From the NCBI GenBank assembly GCA_002633005.1, contig NMRA01000699.1:134037-198036 (forward strand): a stretch of DNA of 64,000 nt, given 5' to 3'. Made by a program: the position numbers and the translations under genes. Numbering within the stretch: the first letter of the stretch is position 1; each line of letters starts with the position of its first letter. The notes beneath the pieces were generated by a model that was not told the origin of the DNA, did no database searches, and saw only the letters and a program-made list of their open reading frames with translations. Below, piece after piece: positions 55,821 to 64,000 of this stretch. This DNA is from Phoronis australis. Lineage: Eukaryota; Animalia; Phoronida.

Positions 55821-57600
55821 AAAGCAGCAAGGCTTAGACCATAAATTCGAAAGAGTAGTGAACCCAATGTTTTTGTACCAGCCCACAACATACATGTACT
55901 AGCACATGTACATCATTTTCTGTATGTACTGGTACATGTAGATAATTGTCGCATACCAAGCAAACAAGAAACTCAACCTTTGGAAAAGCAACATACATTC
56001 GAGATTTCCTTCAACCCCAAGCTATTCTTTCTTAGTATATTTCGTAGGAAAAAAGAAGTATTCTATTCAAACTTCGATCCCAATTAGCATTATTAATTTT
56101 GTAATTTTTTATAAAAGCATGCATGAGATATCAACGATCGACATGACTTTAAATTTCTCGATGTTAATGCAGATGGAGTATTTTTGCGAACGGGTAGAGC
56201 AGTAACACACCACAAAACTTGAAGGCTGGCATTTTATGTATTGTTTGTATAGTGTAAAAAGGATACCAAACCGGGTTTGGCCTATCAACAGATGTTAAAA
56301 AAGCCTTTTCCATCCAGTTCTGGGATACAAGAAGGATGGAGGAATATCTGAAAAGACCTTTAAACGTCTGCTAAACGGGCAAGCATAGCATAGAGGTTGA
56401 GATTGGAGGAAAATAAATATTTTATCCAACATGGAATGAAAAACGTGTGAGATTCTTATGATAATTATTCGACGAAAAAGGAAATTACATGTACCTGTTT
56501 TGCAGACAAATTTGGTTTTAAAACTTTTTTGTATTCTAGTCTGGACTGGAAAATTGCTTGAAATCAACTTTCAAAAGTAATACGATTTTACGTGCAAAAG
56601 TGTCTTAACAAGGTATCCCACAACTTTGGCAGTTGTTGCCGCTGTGGTATAAAAAGCCTTTCCAGAGCCTTTTGCTTGTTTTATGCGTTTGACATCATCC
56701 TTTTTATCAATTTCTCTTGCACGATGCAACGTGGCCGCACCAGCTTATTTTTGATTTCTGTTACAAAACGTATGTAGTACCTGTTTTAATGTCAAATGAT
56801 GACCGATAACTATCGGAATGTGAACTTTTATGCCACCCCAGGCAGATATATGGTCACGAAATTTATTTAAAGATCAAACGGTTGCGCAGTCGACGTCGAT
56901 AGATAAAAAGGGACAAGAACTATCTTCACAATATCTCGACAACGGTAGCCATAGTCGAAGTACATGTAAGGAACGGATGCGCAATTTATAGCTGGCGTGT
57001 CTGTCTACATATTTAAGAAACGTATGTCAAAGGACTGTGCAAGACCTTAGTTATCATGACTACTGCTTTAATTCTCGAATATCCCGAGAACTGTAAGTCG
57101 TAGTTAAAGTCATGACATGCTGCTCATACATGTAGCTCTTGGCAAGATTTATCAATATTTAGAAGGATCCGTTTAATTACTGCTGAACTGAGGGTTCGTA
57201 AAATAAGAAAGGGAAATGGATGCCCTTCTTTGCTTTTACGAACACAATATCAATAAAAACACTCTTCCGGATACTGAGAAGTTAGAACATAATGCATTAA
57301 AACGTCGTGGTACCTGGATTTCAAATGAGGTCTGCGTCATGCCATCGCTTTAATGTGTAGAACTTGTGTTGTTCCTGTACCATGAGTCACCTGCTGTAAG
57401 CCAGAGACACGTCCCAGCGGCGGACCCAACCCAACAGTAAATATCAATATCTCAACCATGATAGCCAATGACGAGATCTATCCACACAACAAATTTATTT
57501 CAGACAGATAGTGCGGCTTTGTGAAGCATCAGCTAGGAACATGGCCAATACAGCACCACTTCGGGTATGATCACAACCATTGTCAATAGGTCTTGAGATA

Positions 57601-60568
57601 TTAAAGGAGAAGATACGGTTTGTTGATTATCCCAGATATTTGTTTCGGTTAATAACGGCTTCCCTTAATTTTATTAATTAGTCGTGCCTTACTCCGGAAG
57701 TGACGTTGAGGGTGTTAAAAATTTCCCGTCATTTGGTTTTCATATAGTCTAGCCGGCGTGTGATCTGTCGAGTCATTCGTTATTTTACCTCCGTTGTGAT
57801 AAGTTCGGTTGTCGTTTGCATTTGTTTATGATTCAGTCAATGTGCCACACGGTTGCTGCGTGCCGAGGCATATTCGTTATCGTCTCGTGCACTTTGAGTA
57901 TACCATTACACCACTTTCCGAAATATAACACTCTCCGCCGTACTTGGCCTGTTCTTGTGAAGAACGCAGCGTTACCGTCCACGCAACGTACAAAGCAGTG
58001 GAGAATTACCGAGTGAGTGGCAAGCTGTGCTGTTGAATTACGAAATACATATGTACTCGGAATAGATGGATTTTCCCGCAAAACAACGCCTGACGAAAGG
58101 TGACTGTCGCTGTAGATTCCTGGTAGTGTGGCCACGTGGCCACCCCCGAGAAGTGCTTTTTTGAAACGAGTAGCCTCGCGAGTTGTGGCCTTTACAGTGA
58201 CTGGAGGCGCTTCATTTACTGTTACTCATGCCTCCGAACGTACCCCCAGAGCATGCAGTTCCGGGAATTAGCAGTGATTTGCCCTGTGCTGGTGTTGTCT
58301 CTAACCCAGAGCCTGTAAGCAACCCTGCAGCGAAGTTGAGTAGTGGGAGTCAATACAGGCGAAGTTCGACAATCATTGAGAAGGACAGTTCGTCGTCCTG
58401 TGGTCAGACCGGTGAGTCAAACTTTGATACATGTAAGTTTCTTGTGAACTTGACTTAAGGTTGACTAAAGTATTGGAGCTATTTAGAAGAGACCAAGTGT
58501 GTGGCGTGGGAGTCACACGGTTGGATGTAAGCGGTTTGGGTTACTCTGGTTACCATCCCGTGAGAAAAGCATAAGCATTCCATTGAGGTCGGCATAACAG
58601 TGCACAATCTGCATTTACACTAAAACATCCCACCACGTCTGTCTCCAGTCTGCCTCATCCCTCTCAACAGCTGTCTGTATTCCGACTCACGTTTAGACCG
58701 CATTTGTTCCCATCTTAATAATGACATGAATCCACTGGTCATCTTTCTAGATTTCTCTAAAGCTTTCGACACAATAGACCACCAAATACTCTTGCAAAAG
58801 ATAAATCACTATGGTATTACTGGAGTTGAATATACACTGTTTAAAAGTTATCTCTCAAACCGCATACAATATGTTTCACTAAGTGATACAACTTCCAGTT
58901 GGTTACCAATATCTACCGGAGTTCCCCTAGGCTCTGTCGTTAGCCCACTTCTCTTCCTAGTTTACATAAATGATCTTTCGTTTTCTTCTCCCATGGACAC
59001 ACTTCTTTATGCTGACGACACTTGCCTCGTCACACCTTACAAACTGACTGAATCTTCCCAAAACACTTTACAGTAATCAACTACCATCAACAACAACCTT
59101 AAATCTATTTCAGACTGGTTTTCTGTGAACAAACTTTCAATTAACACATCAAAAAGTAAATTAATGATCTTCCACTACCCCCAAAAGAAAATTGATAAAG
59201 GCATTCCCACCATTTATATAAATAGCAAAACAATATGTCATGTGAACAGTTTTCCTTTCATTGGTATTACTGTTGACAAAAACCTCTCATGGTCCCCCCA
59301 CATTAACCTCATCTCAAACAAGCTTAACAATCTCGGTGGACTCTTATACAAATTGAAATCTTATCTTCCTCATCTAGCTCTCAAGTTGATATATAATTCA
59401 TTTGTACTTCCACACTTAAACTATGGCATTGCAATTTGGGGTTTTGGCAACACTAAGAAACTTCAGACAGCCCAGAAAAGAATCCTAAGGATTATATCAA
59501 ATTCCAATTATAATGCTCACTCTCTGCCCATATGTAAGGAACTTTGCATCCCTCTAGTTCAAGACATCTTTAAAATCTCAACTGCAAAATATTATTACAA
59601 ATTCCTCAATAATCAGCTTCCTAAGTATTTTTGACTCTATCAACTTCTTTAGTAAACCCATCCAATATAAACCAACCAGATACATTAAAACCCCTATATA
59701 CCTGAATCAATACTCAGCTGCTATATCGACAATACTACCCAAAATTTTAATTCCTCCGTCCAACAAATTGTCATCAAGAGCCTGTATTAGATTTCAGATT
59801 CCTCGACTTATAAACAACAACGAAATACCAGTCTTTGCTCAAAATATAATAAAAACGCATTCTTTGCAAGCATTCTCCAGGTTCTTAACCAATTTTATTA
59901 TTAGCAACTACGATCCAGTTTGTCATACTTCCAATTGCTTCATATGTAACAGTATCTAATTGCATTCTCAAAATCTCCTGAGCTGTGCCAGTTTACTTCT
60001 TGGTTCCTGGCGTGTCGGTCGTTTCCAGCACTAATTCACTGTTTTCTTAAGTATTCCTACTGATTTTTGTATTTCCATTTCTTTATTTTGTACAGGGGAC
60101 CTTCTTATTAGCGGTCAATAACCTTTAGAAGGCCTCCTAATTGAAATCTAATTTTAATCAATGTATTATTATAATGTAACGTAAATAAAAGCGTTTTCTC
60201 TCTCTCTCCACTCGGGTTCAAACATATATCCACCCACTGCAGCTACAATCTAAAGGATTTCTAAATCCAACGTATCTGAGTTCTCTAACAATCTAGCTTG
60301 TCGTAAAATACTTGTCGATGGGAGGTGGTGACGACAATTTTAGCAGACCAGCACAAAAGCAACAGTAGAACAGATCCTCAGAGGAACTCGAACGCACTAG
60401 AAACGAAATGGCGGGAAATTCTTAACCCCTAAACGTCACTTCCGGAATAGTGCACGACTAATCAATATAATTACAAAGAGCCGGTGATTAACTAAGACAT
60501 ATGTCTGGGAAAATCAAAGAACCATATTTTTAATAAAACTGACATGAAATAAGATGGCCTTCCCTTAA
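57601..60568 (+). mobile_element. Kolobok-like element (TTAA-flanked, ~150-bp imperfect TIRs, THAP remnant) hosting a LINE
   Basis: Ends TTAAAGG...CCCTTAA. 57601-57740 is the inverse of 60405-60568. ORF 57816-58016 contains PLHHFPKYNTLRRTW..LVK (THAP-like) and is homologous to 6780-7150. Confidence 0.75.
58692..60208 (+). mobile_element. 5'-truncated CR1/L2-group LINE (RT domain, C-terminus, 3' UTR)
   Basis: FLDFSKAFDTIDH, GVPLGSVVSPLLFLVYINDL, YADDT and a terminal CHTSNCFICN. One in-frame stop (59074-59076) and one frameshift (~59630). Ends in AATAAA and a (CT)n tail. Confidence 0.92.
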
Positions 60569-61201
60569 ACAAACACGCGTTGCGTTCTAATTCCACGTCT
60601 CTCTGCCAAAAATACGACCTACATCAAGAAAACTAGGAAAGGTCATGAACATTGCAAAACTTAGGTCCTTTTAGATACCTATCTTTGGATCTCAAAATGA
60701 CTGCAGGCATTTCTTTGTCTCTGATAATATCAATTCCATGTACAAATATCATAATAAAATGTAGACCTTGAGCCATCCGCCATATTAACAGTTATAACTG
60801 GTGTTGTGGTTTACGTTTTTGAATTACTAGGTCAAATACAACACAAACAAAACTAGTTCAGACCATCTGTCTCCCGGTCTATTTGAAAAGAGCACGGAAA
60901 AATACACTTTCTTGTCATCAAACGTTTCACCTTTCATTAAAACTTGTTTTCAAACTCATCTGGCTTCGCGACGCATCATTACGGAATGGCTCTAGAAGAC
61001 CTTCGTAGTAAGCTTGTCTGTCGAGTGAGACCAAGCCGTGATGCTTAGAAAGGCGTCACTTAACCAAGGTCAGGATGCTGAATTACCACCTAAGCCAATA
61101 ATGATTTGTAAACATTTGGAATAACTCAACATATTTTGTAAACGGAAATAAATTTGGTTTCATCCCATTTCTCTTCAACATAGAATCCACAAACTAGATA
61201 T

Positions 61202-61996
61202 TCAATCAGTGACAGTACCAGCCTCAAACGAGTTGGTGGCAGGATACACTTCGATATGACCCATTTTCACATGTGATTTGCCAACAACTGTCGTTGCACC
61301 GTTCGCAGTCTCATGCATAAGTGACATCTGCACAGAACTGGTAGGGAAACTACGGAAGTATTTCCTGAAGCAATTAGTTCTCATCTCTCTTGCGTAGGGC
61401 ATGAATGTTTCAGTGAACGACATGTACATGTATAGTATTGGATTTAAAGCCAAGTTCGAGTTCGCGAGTAGCATGCAAATTATTACTGCATTGTCTGAAA
61501 CTCTTACTGTAGTGCTGAACAGCGCTAGGACATGCAAAGTAAAGAATGGGAACCAACATACAGCGAAGCACATTACTATTAATATTAGCGTCAAAATGAT
61601 CTTCCTTTTCTTCTTCATTTTTCTGATGAACCGAGCAGAAGTTCTGTCTTCACCCACTGGCTTCTTTTTCCAAACTCGTTGAGCTACTTTGATGTACAAA
61701 AAGGCCATTAAACATAGTGACGCGCAAAACAAAACTACGAAGTTAAAGAAGGAATAAGCGTAAGGAGCCCACGGAAATGACGTCATATCGAAATATTCAA
61801 CACAAACTTCAACTCGACGTAAGGAGACGTTGTGATCTGGTCCCGTGATATAATTACACGTGGCTCCAGTCTGCAGCTGAGAATCAGCGGGAACATCAGT
61901 ATAAAGGAAGCTGCCCAGAGGATGGCGATAGTCATTGCGGACTTTTGCGAGTTAGTTACAAATCGTGTCAATAAGGGACGGCAAATCACAAAATAT
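61202..61996 (-). pseudogene. Neuropeptide GPCR terminal exon (DRY tyrosine through TM4-TM7 and C-tail) with 1-bp frameshift; pseudogene or sequence error
   Basis: Acceptor TCTTTCTTTCAG|A TAT TTT GTG (R-YFVICRPL), TM4 W..S....P, TM6 CFAVCWFPFF and TM7 NSNLALNPILY. Adding one T at ~61804 restores ELKFCVEYFDMTS and joins ORFs 61783-61989 and 61202-61786. Confidence 0.88.
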
Positions 61997-62069
61997 CTGA
62001 AAGAAAGAGAACATCTGCGATAATTCGATAATAACTAGTTTGACCATTCGTATGCAGTTTCGAGGTTGA

Positions 62070-62169
62070 CAGTGAAAAGGAAGTGACAGACACAGTAGTT
62101 ATGGTCATTGCACACGTTTGCGAGTTGGTTACAAATCGTGTCGATATGGGGTGGCAAATCACGAAATAT
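62070..62169 (-). pseudogene. Partial tandem duplicate of the 5' end of the GPCR terminal exon
   Basis: Has its own acceptor TTTCAG|ATAT and reads YFVICHPISTRFVTNSQTCAMTI, versus YFVICRPLLTRFVTNSQKSAMTI 173 bp downstream. Confidence 0.85.
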
Positions 62170-64000
62170 CTGAAACTGAAAAAATATGTGAGATGTTTTA
62201 ATAGTGTGGCTAGTTTGATCATTAACATACAGTTTCGATGTGGAATCTCTGAATTCGAAGCATCTCCGACAAACCTAACACAAGATAAATAATTAGAAAA
62301 TAGTGACTTAACCACCGTGCTCCTGATTAAAGCCTTGGAAGTGAAGTTATCTTAGCAACGAGACTTGGTCGAATGACCCGGATGTGGCTTTGATGCACGT
62401 GTTATACCCCCAAGAAAATTAAATACAAACAGATCAAATCGCTCAATCAAGCCTGCTCAACCTGTTGGATTTGAAAGGTGAATATAGCTCAAAAATAGAA
62501 ACAAAGGCATCGGAGCTCCCATAAGATTACAACTATTGTCCCAATGTAGCTAACGGCAATGAGATGTTAACATGGTGTTCCCTGAGAATCTACACAATTT
62601 TAATTTTCAAGTTGTATTTGTGCGAGCCAACTTGGGATTACATGTAGTTGTGTTTAGGACTCGATTTGGCATCACAAATTTGTGCACTGCATGTGACGGA
62701 TACGAATGGCATATGCGTGTTTGTCGAGTCTGTTCTGTGTCAGATTGCCAGATGTCGACCCCATTGACTCAATTTTTGGTCCGCCGTATCTTTTTGTTCA
62801 CATACATGTAACTGCTTGGATGCAGGAAATTGAATTTGAGCTGGAAGCTCAGGTGCCCTTCAGAAATCTAGGACTTGAAAAAACCTGTCTGGTCTACATC
62901 GCCTTTTTGTCAGGATCCAGGTATCCATTCCAAGAAACAAACTTAAGTTCGTTTTTGCGTACGTCTAGACTTACGTCTAAGATTTGTCTCATTTGCCAAA
63001 CTTTGAAACTTCTCCACTAGTCAAATATACATGTAAGGCAAAAGCTCTGTCAAACACAAGATCACTTTCTTGGGACAGACTTAAGACAAATTAAAGTTTT
63101 ATCTTAAAATCGGCTTCATTTTCGCGGGTACTTCAAAATTTGAAGTAAATAAACAAAGTGGATGATAATCATCCCTGGGATTTCATCTTTAGTATTTTTG
63201 TCAGGTGCCCAATTTTTCTGAGGCAAGGGATTGTCGCATTTGTAAGGTAGAAGTGTTTCGCTGAACTTGTAAGTCAGTGGCATTATTTTTACCTGACGAA
63301 TCATAAAAACAAGGCCCTTTTTTGCCCAATAGCTGCATAGGGTTTAATTCGTATAGGTTTTTGTCTGCGCTGAGAGTTTTTATAAAAATGGGCCTGTCTG
63401 TAGCAAACTTTACGTGAAAAGCGACTGAAGTTCATTCAAAGTAAAAATCTGGACTTCAAAAACCGCTTGATCTGAATTGTCATCTTACATAAATATCAAA
63501 AATGTGAAAGTGCTGCATAAAAGTATTCCATGAAATTGAAAAACGCACATGTCAGCGCCAAATCCCCACCACACACGTTACCCACAGCGCCACCTATACC
63601 GAAATGTGGCACTGTGGAAACATGATGAACGACACACGGAATTCCGTGTGTGGGCATCAATGAGGAGCTTGGTCGGAAGTTTAACGATGACATCGCCACC
63701 ACTTGCACACGCTTTCAATGCACTGTACTTGTTTGGGCTTAGGATATTAAGCATGAAGGGTTGTATATTGGTGCGCGCATGAGACTTAGTAAAGAACAAT
63801 GGACATATGAAGACGGAATTGAGTAGTATAGTCCGGATACCTATCGTCGTCAGGCTCCAAAGGTCGTCCGCCATCTTGTTTCGCGTGCAGCGCAACCACG
63901 CGGGACTTAGCGTTCCAATTTGGAGTGATCGTCTGCACGTTAGGTTCTAACCTCTCGGGAGAAACACGCATGAAAGAACTGAGACTAAAATTAGTGCATT

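Overview
AT-rich, repeat-dense eukaryotic (animal, probably marine invertebrate) genomic DNA with a 670-N scaffold gap at 26656-27325. The only host-gene pieces I can support are two minus-strand rhodopsin-family neuropeptide GPCR exons, split at the same DR|Y intron. One is a TM1-3 exon (22105-22496). The other is a TM4-7/C-terminal exon (61202-61996) that carries a 1-bp frameshift and has a partial duplicate just upstream. Their order does not allow one colinear gene. The rest is mostly decayed transposons: Sola3-like, Kolobok-like (THAP, transposase and KolX pieces), hAT elements with 5-bp and 8-bp TSDs, Gypsy pol, CR1/L2-group LINEs and a TATCGATA-array foldback element. The most striking signal is the abundance of TACATGTA/TACTGTA-type words. 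At three sites they look like insertions at a TA dinucleotide, as expected for Tc1/mariner excision footprints, and one of these lies in the GPCR coding exon. All family assignments come from motifs recognised by eye; no database searches were run.
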